Part shown: positions 49,692 to 62,365 of the stretch, piece after piece | Layout: each line of letters opens with the position of its first letter | Numbering within the stretch: position 1 is the first letter of the stretch | Origin: Mobula hypostoma | Taxonomy: Eukaryota | Assembly: GCF_963921235.1 (NCBI RefSeq) | Contig: NC_086124.1 | Span: forward strand, 28,086,001-28,150,000 | Reading direction: 5' to 3' | DNA: 64,000 nucleotides | Position numbers and translations under genes: made by a program | Notes under the pieces: model-generated | The model's database searches: none | Told to the model about the DNA's origin: nothing | What the model saw: the letters and a program-made list of their open reading frames with translations, nothing else

Positions 49692-49973
49692 CGAAGCCGA
49701 CTATCACAATAACCTCAAGACACATGAAGAACAGAGAGAATACCTTGGCCCTGACATGCCAAGTGTATGGATTTTATCCCAAGAAAATCCACGCAACGTG
49801 GCTGCGGAATGGAGTGGCGATCGATCAGGAAGTGCTAATGATGAGAATTTTACCCAACCGGGATGGGACGTTCCAAGTTAGCCTACAAGTCGAAATTGAC
49901 CCCGGGAAGGGTGACACTTACACTTGTGAAATCGAGCATTTGAGCGTCCCTGACAAACTACATGCGGTTTGGG
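49692..49973 (+). CDS. Exon 3: Ig C1 domain with class I alpha3-type motifs (94 codons)
   Basis: ctgcag|CG AAG..TGG G|gtaaga. LTCQVYGFYPKKIHATWLRNG..ILPNRDGTFQ..GDTYTCEIEHLS. Confidence 0.92.
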
Positions 49974-50772
49974 GTAAGACTCAGAGTCTGAATAATTTGG
50001 GGTCCAGTGTACTGCTGACGATCTGGTTCACACTCTGTCCAAAACTATATTATATACTCAGTGGCCACTTTATTGGGCACCTCCTCTACATAATAACACA
50101 GTCACAGTCATGGTCTTATGCTGCTGTAGCTCATCCACTTCAGTGTTCGAAATGTTTGTGTTCAGTGATGCTCTTCTGCACACTAACATTGTAACAGTCG
50201 GTTCTTTGAGTTAGTATCGTGTTCTTGTTAGCTGGAACCAGTCTGGCCATTCTCCTCTGAAATCTCACTAACAAGGCATTTTTGCCCACAACTGCCACTC
50301 AGTAGATGATTTTTTTTGTTTGTTTATCACACTGTTCACTTTAAACTCTCGAGACTTGTACCTGAAAATCCCGGGAGCTCAACAATTTCTGAGATACTCA
50401 AACCACCCTGTCGTGCATCAGAAATCGTTCAAAGGTTCATTTATTATCAAACTATGTATTCAGTATCAACTCTGAGATTCATTTCTCCAGATAGCCAGGA
50501 AAAAAAGAAATCTGTGGAAGTCATTCAAAGATAAACATCAAACCCCCACCCCTCCACTGCACAAAAAAGAAATCAAAATGCCACAAGAACATCAAAAAAA
50601 ACTAACAAAAACATCAAGGCCTAAACCCCCTCCCCCGCGCAAAAAACTAACAAAACATGCTATGCAATAACAAGGTGAAAGAACAGGGGAAAACATAGAA
50701 TATAAAAATCATAAGACTGGAAGTCCATAGTCCAATCCATAAATTCAGAACCTTGGTAATGTCCTCTGACCA

Positions 50773-50776
<4 letters not shown>

Positions 50777-50818
<42 letters not shown>
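50777..50818. repeat. (GA)n microsatellite
   Basis: Direct reading. Confidence 0.95.
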
Positions 50819-50819
<1 letters not shown>

Positions 50820-50973
50820 ACTCAAGCACAGAGGCCTACCGTCCAACAACAGTGAGTGAAAGGCACCACACAAACTCCTCTGACAGCAGAGAAGTCCATC
50901 CCTGCAATCAAAAGGCAAGCAGTTGCCTCAGATTCAATCTTCCTCGACACTTTACTCGGCAAATGGAGTCGAT

Positions 50974-52608
50974 CATTGGCCCCTGCCTTATCTTTAAGCT
51001 GCTTCGCCCTGAGGCTGTTTGAGCTTCCTGGAATCTTCCCGGAGACAGCAAAGCACTAGATCACTCAATTGATCTCCAAAATGTAAATCACATGCTCTTA
51101 ACAGTTCCAGAAACACATTTAAGATGAAAAGCAGACGTAAAAGAAGTGAAATAAACGGATTCATTGACTATCTGATAGACGTTGACCAGCGGGACGTTGT
51201 ACACAGGCACCATCTTGACTAGATTCCATGGTGAAAGTCACTCAGATCACATTTCTTCTCCAATCTGATGTTTGGTCTGAACAACAACTGGACCTCTTGG
51301 CCATGTCTGCATGCTTTGATGCATTGAGTTGCTGCCACATGATTGGGTGATTTGGTTCACATTTTCAACCCATTCAGGTTACGATTGTTTCACAGGAACA
51401 GAATCCTGCCGTAATCTGGTGAGGACTAGTATCTCCCCTTTCTACATCAGTCATGGAGTAATACAGATATGTGCACTTCTGTCCAAGTGGACCATGCTGA
51501 TCACCATAAGATCATAAATTATAGGAGCAGAATTAGTCAATTTGGCCTATTGAATCTGCTTTGGCAATTCATGGCTAATTTATTATCCACTCAACCCCGT
51601 ATTTCTGCCTTCTCCCCGTAACCTTTGACACCCTTAATAATCAAGAAGCTTTCAACTTCATCTTTAAATCTACCCAGTGACGTGGCCTCCAGAGCAGTCT
51701 GTGGCAATGAATTCAGGGACTTACCTAAAGAAATTCCTTCTCATCTCTGTTCTAAAGGGATGGTCCTTCTATTCTGAGGCTGTGTCCTCTGGTGCTCGAC
51801 TCCCCCATGAGAGGAAACATCCTCTCCACGTCCACTCTGTCTAGGCTTTTCAGTATTTGATAGTATTGAATGAAACTTACACCCCCACCCCCCGCCCCCA
51901 TTATTCTTCTAAACTCCACCAAGTACAGGCCCAGAGCCATCAAATTCTCATCATATGTTAACCCTTGCATTGTCAGGATCATTCTCGTTATCCTCATTCG
52001 GACCCTCTCCAATACTCAAACTGCTTAAGACCAATCTCTTATGAAGCCTCAGCATAAAAGAACGGTAACACTGCACTTGCCTTCCTTACTCCTGACTCCA
52101 CCTGCAAATTAACCTTTAGGGAATCCTGTTCGAGGACCTCCAATTCCCTTTGCACCTCGGATTTGTGTTTTCTCTTGGTTAATACTTTCCTTCCTGGGAT
52201 CATTCTCATGAACCTCCTCTGGGCCCTCTCTAATTCCGGTACATCCTTTCTGAGATAAGAGGCCCAAAACTGCTCATAATACTTCAAGTGCGGATTTGAT
52301 CAATGCCTAATGAGGCCCGGCAATAGATTCCTGCTTTCATATTTGAGTCCATAGGAAAAGAATGCTGACATTGCATTTGCCTCCCTTACCATTGATTCAA
52401 CGACAAATTAACATTTAGGGAATCCTCCATGAGTTCTCCCAAGTACTTGCTTTTGTTCTACCTTGTATATATGGAATGATGGTTTGGATATCATGCTCAC
52501 AAATACTTTTTACTCTACCTCGATGTATCATAATAAGCCAATTAGCACACTTCTGACCTCAGTGGATACAAGCCCAGCATGTCTGACCGTTTCTCATAAG
52601 ACAACCGG
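50974..52608. repeat. Left arm of an inverted segmental duplication (intron 3 of the MHC-family gene); contains a CR1 3' fragment at about 51530-52440 (-)
   Basis: Colinear reverse complement of 62366-64000 across several unrelated TE junctions. Confidence 0.9.
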
Positions 52609-52814
52609 CACATTCCAGCAGTCTAACTGGCATGTAGCATAACACTTTAACTGCCAGTGACCTGGGTTCAAACCCAGCACATCCTTCTTCGATAAGGGGC
52701 CATTCTCTGTTGTTGTATTGGACCAAGACTAGAGAAGTCTGGTGAAGACAATAAAATGCGAACAACTGCAGCCAAACTGCTCTCTGCTGTAATATCTTCT
52801 GCCTATTTATGGCC

Positions 52815-55650
52815 GAACCATAGAACCATAGAAACTACAGCACAGAAACAGGCCTTGTGGCCCTTCTTGGCTGTGCCGAACCATTTTCTGCCTAGTCCCA
52901 CTGACCTGCACACGGACCATATCCCTCCATACACCTCCCATCCATGTATCTGTCCAATTTATTCTTAAATGTTAAAAAAGAACCCGCATTTACCACCTCG
53001 TCTGGCAGCTCATTCCATACTCCCACCACTCTCTGTGTAAAGAAGCCCCACCTAATGTTCCCTTTAAACTTTCCACCCCTCACCCTTAACCCATGTCCTC
53101 TGGTTTTTTTCTCCCCTTGCCTCAGTGGAAAAAGCCTGCTTGCATTCACTCTATCTATACCCGTCATAATTTTATATACCTCTATCAAATCTCCCCTCAT
53201 TCTTCAACGCTCCAGGGAATAAAGTCCTAACCTATTCGACCTTTCTCTGTAACTGAGTTTCTCAAGTCCCGGCAACAACCTTGTAAACTTTCTCTGTACC
53301 CTTTCAACCTTATTTATATCCTTCCTGTAATTTGGTGACCAAAACTGAACACAATACTCCAGATTCGGCCTCACCAATGCCTTATACAACCTCATCATAA
53401 CATTCCAGCTCTTATACTCAATACTTCAATTAATAAAGGCCAATGTACCAAAAGCTCTCTTTACGACCCTACCTACCTGTGATGCCACTTTTAGGGAATT
53501 TTGTATCTGTATTCCCAGATCCCTCTGTTCCACTGCACTCCTCAGTGCCTTACCATTAACCCTGTATGTTCTACCTTGGTTTGTCCTTCCAACATGCAAT
53601 ACCTCACACTTGTCTGCATTAAACTCCATCTGCCATTTTTCAGCCCATTTTTCCAGCTGGTCCAAGTCCCTCTGCAGGCTCTGAAAACCTTCCTCGCTGT
53701 CTACTACACCTCCAATCTTTGTATCATCAGCAAATTTGCTGATCCAATTTACCACATTATCATCCAGATCATTGATATAGATGACAAATAACAATGGACC
53801 CAGCACTAATCCCTGTGGCACACCACTAGTCACAGGCCTCCACTCTGAGAAGCAATTCTCTACTACCACTCTTTAGCTTCTTCCATTGAGCCAATGTCTA
53901 ATCCAATTTACCACCTCTCCATGTATACCTAGCAACTGAATTTTCCTAACTAACCTCCCACGCGGGACCTTGTCAAAGGCCTTCCTGAAGTCCATGTAGA
54001 CAATATCCACTGCCTTACCTTCATCCACTTTCCTGGTAACCTCCTCGAAAAACTCCAATAGATTGGTCAAACATGACCTGCCACGCACAAAGCCATGTTG
54101 ACTCTCCCTAATAAGTCCCTGTCTATCCAAATGCTTGTAGATTATGTCTCTTAGTACTCCCTCCAATAACTTACCTACTACCGACGTTAAACTTACCGGC
54201 CTATAATTTCCCGGATTACTTTTTGATCCTTTTTTAAACAACGGAACAACATGAGCCACTCTCCAATCCTCCAGCACCTCACCTGTAGACAGCGACATTT
54301 TAAATATTTCTGCCAGGGCCCCCGCAATTTCAACACCAGTCTCCTTCAAGGTCCGAGGGAACACCCTGTCAGGTCCTGGGGATTTATCCACTTTAATTTT
54401 CCTCAAGACAGCAAGGACCTCCTCCTTTTCGATCTGTACAGTTTCCATGATCTCACTACTTGTTTCCCCTAATTCCATAGACTTCATGCCAGTTTCCTTA
54501 GTAAATACAGATGCCAAAAAACCTATTTAAGATCTCCCCCATTTCCTTTGGTTCTGCACATAGGCGACCACTCTGACCTTCAAGAGGACCAATTTTATCC
54601 CTTACAATCCTTTTGCTCTTAATATACCTGTAAAAGCTCTTTGGATTATCCTTCACTTTGACTGCCAATGCAACCTTATGTCTTCTTTTAGCCCTCCTGA
54701 TTACTTTCTTAATTATTTTCTTGCATTTCTTGTACTCCTCAAGCACCTTATTTACTCCCTGCTTCCTATACATGTCATACAACTCCCTCTTCTTCTTTAT
54801 CAGAGTTGCAATATCCCTTGAGAACCAAGGTTCCTTATTCCTATTCACTTTGCCTTTAATCCTGACAGGAACATACAAATTCTGCACTCTCAAAATTTCT
54901 CCTTTGAAGGCTTCCCACCTACCGATCACATCCTTGCCAGGGAACAACCTGTCCCAATCCACACTTTTTAGATCCTTTCTCATTTCTTCAAATTTGGCCT
55001 TCTTCCAGTTAAGAACCTCAACCCTAGGATCAGATCTATCCTTGTCCATGATCAAGTTGAAACTAATGGTGTTATGATCACTGGAACCAAAATGCTCCCC
55101 TACACAGACTTCCGTCACTTGTCCTAACTCGCTTCCTAACAGGAGATCCAATATTGCATCCCCTCTAGTTGGTCCCTCTATATATTGATTTAGAAAACTT
55201 TCCTGAACACATTTTACAAACTCTAAACCATCTGGACCCCTAACAGTATGGGAGTCACAATCAATATATGGAAAATTAAAATCCCCTCCCACCACAACTT
55301 TATGTTTCCTGCAGTTGCCTGCTATCTCTCTGCAGATTTGCTCTTCCAATTCTCATTGACTATTGGGTGGTCTGTAATACAATCCCACTAATGTGGCCAT
55401 ACCTTTCCTGTTTCTTAGCTCCACCCATAAGGACTCAGTAGACAAGCCCTCTAATCTGTCCTGCCTGAGCACTGCTGTAATATTTTCCCTAACAAGCAAT
55501 GCTACTCCCCAACCTTTCATTCCTCTGCCTCGATCACATCTGAAACATCGGAACCGTGGAATATTAAGCTGCCAGTCCTGCCCCTCCTGTAGCCAAGTTT
55601 CACTAATTGCTATAATGTCATAATTCCACATGTCAACCCACGCCCTCAAC
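52815..55650 (-). mobile_element. CR1 LINE ORF2 (endonuclease to 3' tail), 5'-truncated and frameshifted, in intron 3
   Basis: IIAISETWL..GGDFNFP..AILDLLLG; PGNYRPVSLTSVVGKLLE; YMDFRKAFDKVP; GVPQGLVLGPLLF..KFADDTK; tail gaaccatagaaccatagaa. Confidence 0.92.
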
Positions 55651-55757
55651 AGAGAACGCCAAACTGTTCTCTGCTCTTGTATCTTCTGACCAACAGCTGT
55701 GGCCAAACTGCTGTCTGCCATAATATGTTCTGACCACAGTTTTACTGATTTTCCTAG

Positions 55758-55859
55758 TTCCCAAGAATATCTATCCAGTCTATGGATATGTGATTGGAAT
55801 AATCGCTGGAATAATTGGCATTCTGACTGCAGTGTCCGGAGGAATGATCAGGTGGAAAG
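55758..55859 (+). CDS. Exon 4: connecting peptide plus transmembrane segment
   Basis: ttttcctag|TT CCC..AAA G|gtagga, phase 1-1, in frame with exon 3. (V)PKNIYPVYGYVIGIIAGIIGILTAVSGGMIRWK: class II-like Gly-patterned TM with a basic stop-transfer residue. Confidence 0.85.
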
Positions 55860-56479
55860 GTAGGAATATTTTTGTATGTAATCATCAGTCCAGGGAACAT
55901 TTTTTTCTTCATACTTTTCATTTTTAAAAAAGCCACAGATACCCAGTTGGCCCAATACCCAGTCTGGTCATCGGAGACCCAGTGATTCAGCATGGGTTAT
56001 CACACCAAACTTCTACACGAAGAGTGATAGAATATAAGGGCAGGCCAGAGAGCAAGAAACAATTCAAGATGGAAACAAATCACTGGTTTACACTGACCAT
56101 CAAATATCCATTTAGATTTTTCCAATGTTGTTCTTCCAACATTCCCATTAGCTCCAAATAAACTCCACCCCCCCACACACACACACACACCTACACGCTA
56201 GAGACATTCCCATCAGCTCCCAACACTCAACTAATCTGATAGGAGAGGAGAGTGGATCTTGGGAGAAAGGGAAGGTGGAGGGACACCATAGGGAGGCGCT
56301 GGACAGTAAGGAGAAGTGAAGGGGTAATGGGTATTCCGAATGGGGAATGGATAAAGATAAGATGGGAAGGGGAGAGAAATTACCAGAAGTTAGAGAAATC
56401 GATGCTACTCACCGTCATCTGCCAGCATGTATTCCTTTCCCTCCTCACGCTTTACTCTTACTTCTGTCCCCTTCCAATC

Positions 56480-56517
56480 CAGTCCTGACGAAGGTTCTTG
56501 ACCTGAAACATTGACTG
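56480..56517 (+). ncRNA. Hammerhead motif, CpG-decayed at stem III and the cleavage site
   Basis: CAGTC-CTGACGA-AGGT TCTTG ACCT-GAAA-CATT-GACTG: stems I and II pair perfectly, but CGTC has become CATT. Confidence 0.55.
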
Positions 56518-58012
56518 TTTATTCCCTTCCATCTTTGCTGCCTCACCTGCTGAGTTCCTCCTGCATTTTGTGTGTTGCTGTGGATTTTCCAGCATCTGCA
56601 GAACCCCTTGTGTTTATCAAATGTCCGATGGTGCAGATTCCTGGTGAGGGAGGAAAAGTGGACGGAGAGTTGTGAGGAGAACTGTTCTGCACAGAGCGGT
56701 CAGTACCTGGGGTACCAGAGGAGGTGGTGGAACCAGATAAGAAAGCAATGTTTAAGACCATTTTGGCAGACGAGTGAACAGGCAAGAAGTGGAGCCATTA
56801 TACCCTCAGTGGCCGCTTTATTAAGGGTGCATGAGGAACATAATAAAGTTTATGTTCATGGTCTGCTACTGCAGCCCATCAATTTCAAAGTTTGACATGT
56901 TGTGTGTTCAGAGATGCTCTTCTGCACACCACTATTATAACGTGTGGTTATTTGAGTTAGTGTTGCCTTCCTGTCAGCTTGAACCAGTCTGGCCATTCTC
57001 CTCTGACCTCTCTCATTAACAAATTGTTTTCACCCTCAGAACTGCCGCCCCACTTTTGTTCCTCGCACCATTGTCTGTAAACTCTAGAGACTGTTGTATG
57101 TGAAAATCCCTGGAGAGCAGCAGTTACTGTGATAATCAAACCGCCCCATCTGGCACCAACAATCATTCCACAGTCAAAGTCACTTAGATCGTGTTTCTTC
57201 CCCTCTCTGATGCTCGGTCTGAACAACAAATGTACCTCTTGACTATGCCTGTATGCATTGAGTTTCTGCCACATGATTGGCTGATTAGATGTTTCTATTA
57301 ATATTAAACCTGTTTCTGATCTGCACTAACCTGTAGCTAATTAACCTCACAATGTAACTTTTGATATTTCGGCCATCAGTATTTCCATTTCACTGAAACT
57401 TTGGATTACCAACTGTTTTTGGAACCCTCATATGACCTGGGAGTGTCTGAAAGAACTGTTCTCCTGGTCAGTGGCAAATGACCAGAGGACAGTTTCGAAA
57501 CACAGAAGATTCTGCAGTTGGTGGAAATCCAGAGCAACGCACACAGTCACATACACACAATGCTGCAAGAATTCAGTAGGTCAGGCAGCGTCTATGGAGG
57601 GGAATAAACAGTTGACATTTCGGGCCAAGACCAGTCATTAAGTCTAAAGGAGACATTTTGTGTAGTCAGCACCACTCAGGCCCCAAAGGTGTGGATTAAA
57701 GAGTTTTAACCTTCAGAGATCGGACGTAAGACATCGGAGTACAATTAGGCCACTCAGCCCATCAGATCTGCTCCACTGGATGTTATTTTTGTCCTTGATT
57801 CGTTCTCTGTAAACTCTAGGAACTGTTGTCCGTGAAAATCCCAGGAGATCAGCAGTTCCTTCTCTATTCAAACCACCCCACCTGGTCTGTGGTCAGAGTT
57901 ACTTGGATCATATTTCTTCCCCATTCTGATGTTTGGACTGAACAACAACTGAACTTCTTGACCACATTTGCATGCTTTTATGCTTGAAGTTGCCACATGA
58001 TTGGCTGATTAA

Positions 58013-59852
58013 TAATCATAATACCTAAATATCTCAAGGAGTTTGAAACTTTAAAAGGAGTATAAAGGAAACAATTCACTTTTACTAAAATTAATATAAG
58101 GATCTTTATAAAGCTAATTTTGATCCCTTAGTAGACTCTATGAAGTATTTATTTAGTAGATGGAGTTGACTTACATTTTCACTTGTTGGTCGTATTCATA
58201 TAGTTAAAATGATGATTCTACTGAAATTTTTATATTTATTTCAGAATATTCCTGTTTTTTTGACTAGGAAGTTTTTTGATCGGATTGATTCTATTATTTT
58301 ATCTTTTATTTGGAATAATAAAAGACCAAGAATTAGTAAATGTCATTTACAAAAATTGAAAAAGTATGGAGAGCTTGCTTTGCCTAATTTTAGAATGTAT
58401 TATTGGGCTGTTAATCTCCGATATATGTCTTTTTGGTTATATTGGGTTGATAAGAGTGATCGGTCAATTTGGGTAGACCTGGACCTAAAAGTTGTAAAAC
58501 AGTTTTATTTAACCTCGTTATTGGGGGCTCCTTTACCTATGCAATTACGTAAAGTTGTTAATTTAAACCTATATCCTGTGATTAAGTATTCTTTACAAAT
58601 TTGGTGCCAGTTCCGCAATTTTTTTAATCTTATAAAATTTAAACTTTGTGGTTTAATTTACCGAAATTACTTTTTTAAGCCTTCTTTGAGTGATCCAATT
58701 TTTCTACTTTGGAAAAATAAAGGTATTAATTCTTTTTTAGATTTATTTAAAGAAGATAGATTAACAATTAATTGATAAATATTCTCTTTCATACTCACAC
58801 TTTCTGCAATACCTTCAAGTTAGACATTTTTTACAAAAATATTTAAGTACTTTCCCTTACATATTTGAGGCTGACCTGTTAGATACTATTATGAGTATGA
58901 ATCCTTTGATTAAGGGTTCTATTGGAAGAAATTATAATTTATTATTACAATGGGATAAGCGTCCTTTGTCTTAGATTAAACAGGATTGGGAAAAGGAACT
59001 TAATTTGACTTTTATGACGGAGGATTGGATGCGGCTATTGAAGTCGGTTAACTTTTCTTCAATTTGTGCTAGCCATTCATTGATTCAATTTAAAATTGTA
59101 CATCGTTATCATTTGACAAAGGAGAGACTTTGTAAAATCTTTTCTAATGTTGATAGTCGTTGTGATAGATGTAAAACTGAGATAGCTACACTAACACATA
59201 TGTTTTGGTCTTGTTCTATATTAGAACAGTTCTGGAAGTTGGTTTTCTCAACAATTACTAAAGCAATTAAAATTAATTTACAACCTAATAAATTAACTGT
59301 GCTTTTTAGAATAGATCCTCAAAATATTCATGGTATTTCTGTGTCTGACCAACATGTTATTGCATTTGTTACATTGATAGCTAGGGGGGCCATTTTGTTG
59401 AAGTGGAAGGATACATCAGCTCCCACTTTGTCGCAATGGTTCTCTCAGGTGATGCTATGTCTTAGTTTGGAGAAAATTAGAAGTCGAACCTTTGAACCTT
59501 TATTTGACTTTGAGAAAAGATGGGGCTCATTTGCTCGTTATTATCATTTGAGTTAAGTGATATAATTTTTCCACGATCTAATTGTAAATTTTTTTAGTAT
59601 ATTTTCTTGCTGACGGTTTGATGTTTATTTTAGAAGCATTTTGTATGATGCATGGCTCCGGGGTTGTACACTTAATAGGTTCTCTTTTTTTTTGACTTTT
59701 CTGCTCAGTAGGTTTTTTTTTGTTATCACAAAATTTTGTTTTCAATCTTTAAGATGGGGTTTTTTTTCTGAGGCATTGTAAGTGTTGTTACTTCGATGTA
59801 CTCATGTTATTTTTCCTATATATACAATAAAAAGATTTGAAAAGAAAGAAAG
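58013..59852 (+). mobile_element. 5'-truncated L1-clade LINE with 17-bp TSD, inserted in a Tc1-like element
   Basis: FLYLFQNIP..FIWNNKRPRI..LALPNF; QFKIVHR..CDRC..THMFWSC..KIR; aataaa plus A-rich tail. catgattggctgattaa at 57996-58012 and 59853-59869. Confidence 0.9.
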
Positions 59853-60535
59853 CATGATTGGCTGATTAAATATTTGGATTAACAAGCAGGTGTACAGGTG
59901 TATCTAATAAAGTGGCCACTGAGTGAAGACTAACGGGAGATCGTGTAATTTGGTATCATGATTAGTACAAATGTGGGCGGAATGGCCTGTTTCTGAGCTG
60001 TACTTTTCTTTGTTTCTAAAACATACCTTTATTCATTCAAATTATAGGCAGGAAATACGATATGGTTGGTAGATGTCTCTTTCTAAATTGATCGTGTCAT
60101 CAAATCAGTATCTTGATCGTGTCTTCCATGCTGTGCATACTATTTACATGTGGCCTCTTCTGAGCAGTGTATCCACCAAAGTCAGAGTAAATTAGTAATT
60201 TTAATTACACCTTGTTAAAATTAAAGTTCAGTAAGGGCATCAACGATCATGGGGAGAAGGCAGGAGAATGGGTTTGAGATGAATAATAAACCAGCTGCAA
60301 TGAAATGGCCAGCACAGACTCAATAGGCCAAATGCCCTAATTCTGCTGCTATGCCTTGTGATTTAAATATAGCATCCAAGTACATATATGCCACCAAATA
60401 TTGCCTTGAGATTCATCTTCTTCCGGGCATTTACTGGAAAATAATTACAATCAAACTTATGAAACCTATACATAATCAAAAACTAATCAACAACCAATGT
60501 GCAAAAGAAGACTAATTGTGCAAATAAAAACATAC

Positions 60536-60900
60536 AGTGACATGCAAAAGTTTGGGCACCCCGGTCAAAATTTCTGTTACTGTGAGTAGTTAAGTGAGTA
60601 GAAGATGAACTAATCTCCAAAAGTCATAAAGTTAAAAATGAAACATTCTTTTCAACATTTTAAGCAAGATCAGCGTATTATTTTTGTTTTGTAGAATTTC
60701 AGAGTGGAGAAAAAGAAAGGAGCACCATGCAAAAGTTTGGGCACCCCAAGAGATTTGAGCTGTCAGATAACTTTTCCCAAGGTCTCAGACCTTAATTAGC
60801 TTCTTAGGGCTATGGCTTGTTCACAATCATCGTTAGGAAAGGCCAGATGATACAAATTTCAAAGCTTTATAAATACCCTGACTCCTCAAACTTGTCCCAA
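60536..60900 (+). mobile_element. Left end of an IR/DR-type Tc1 DNA transposon
   Basis: TA|CAGT start; direct repeat catgcaaaagtttgggcacccc at about 60541 and about 60726; TATA-like tataaata. Confidence 0.75.
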
Positions 60901-60904
60901 AAAG

Positions 60905-61790
60905 TGTGAGAATGTTATGAGAAGTATTGCTGGATGCGACTGTAGAGCAGGGCGGGAAACTATGTACTTAATGTATCTAGCTATGATTCGATCAGTTCTG
61001 GATTACGGTTGTATTGCTTATGGTTCCCGCTGCTACGGCAGTGCTTGGAAAACTAGACACTGCAGTGCAAAGCACTTAGACTCTGTTGTGGAGCTTTTAG
61101 AACAACATCAGTCCCGGCATTATGTATGGAGATGGGAGAACTGCCTGTGCATTCAAGACAAATTCAGTTGGGCCTGCAGTATTGGGTAAAACTAAATGGA
61201 TTCAATCACTGCTGTTCATCAAAGTGTCTTTTGCAGGGGAAGTCAGAGTGCCAAAGTAAAAGTAAAAGATACCCATTTTTAGATTTGGTTACTAACTGGG
61301 CTGTGAAATTGAAGCTGACTGAGGAAGACATCGTTGACCAAATCTTCTTGCCACCCGTCCCTTTTTGGCTCTATCCAGAACCAGAAGTAGACATAATCCT
61401 CCTTTTTCAGCTTCAAGGAAGCAGTGCAATTTCATCAGCGTTGATCACAAATGTATATTTAAATAATAAATGGGGATCTTATCTGAAGATTTTTACTGAT
61501 GGCTCAGTGGACCCAGAGAGCAGTAGGGCAGAATTTGGGATGTATGTGTTTCAACTTGGAGTTAAGATTAGTCACCGGGTTTCAGATGGTGTTTCTTGCT
61601 TTGCAACAGAATTATTAGCAATCCTCTGGGCCTTATGGTGGATAGAAGACTCTCAACCATGCAGGGTTATCATCTGTTTGGATTCTGCTGCTGCTTTATA
61701 GTCTATAAAAGGGAGTAAATCAAAAGCTCGATCTGACATAGTTATTGTGATTCTCTTAGTGCTGTTTAGAGCAGGGAAGATGGGTCGCAT
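60905..61790 (+). mobile_element. I/Nimb-type LINE fragment encoding an RNase H domain
   Basis: YLAMIRSVLDYGCIAYGS; LKIFTDGS..S.FATELLAILWAL..VIICLDSAAAL. Confidence 0.7.
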
Positions 61791-61794
61791 TAGA

Positions 61795-62165
61795 CATTAC
61801 TGCCCTGGGAAAAAGTCTCTGGCTATCCATTCAATCATTGCCTCTTATACAGCTTTTCTCAAGTAGCCTCTCGTCTTCCTTTGCTCTGACTTACTCAATC
61901 TATTCTCATAAGACATGCTCCCCAATCTAGGGTACCCAGCAATCCTGGTAAATCTGCTCTGCACTCTCTCTGAAGCTTCTTCATCGTTCCTATAATGAGG
62001 AGACCTGGACTGAACACACTGTTCCAAGTGAGGTATAACCAGGGTTTTGTAGAACTGCATCATTACCTGTCAGCTCTTGAACTCAATCCCTCGACTAATG
62101 AAGGCCAACATACCATATGCCTTCTTAACCACAATTTCAACTTTCATAGCAACGTTGAGGTGACT
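61795..62165 (-). mobile_element. CR1 3' fragment
   Basis: MMQFYKTLVIPHLEQCVQSRSPHYR. Confidence 0.7.
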
Positions 62166-62365
62166 NNNNNNNNNNNNNNNNNNNNNNNNNNNNNNNNNNN
62201 NNNNNNNNNNNNNNNNNNNNNNNNNNNNNNNNNNNNNNNNNNNNNNNNNNNNNNNNNNNNNNNNNNNNNNNNNNNNNNNNNNNNNNNNNNNNNNNNNNNN
62301 NNNNNNNNNNNNNNNNNNNNNNNNNNNNNNNNNNNNNNNNNNNNNNNNNNNNNNNNNNNNNNNNN
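62166..62365. other. Assembly gap (200 N)
   Basis: Direct reading. Confidence 1.

Noticed and set aside
34987-49973. Reading 34987, 49013 and 49692 as alpha1-alpha2-alpha3 of one class I gene
   Set aside because: The first exon has a stop, and a separate leader exon in a CpG island (47645) splices in phase to 49013. Not formally excluded without transcripts.
55991-56037. Candidate cytoplasmic exon AWVITPNFYTKSDRI*
   Set aside because: The phase fits, but the acceptor is weak and there is no independent support.
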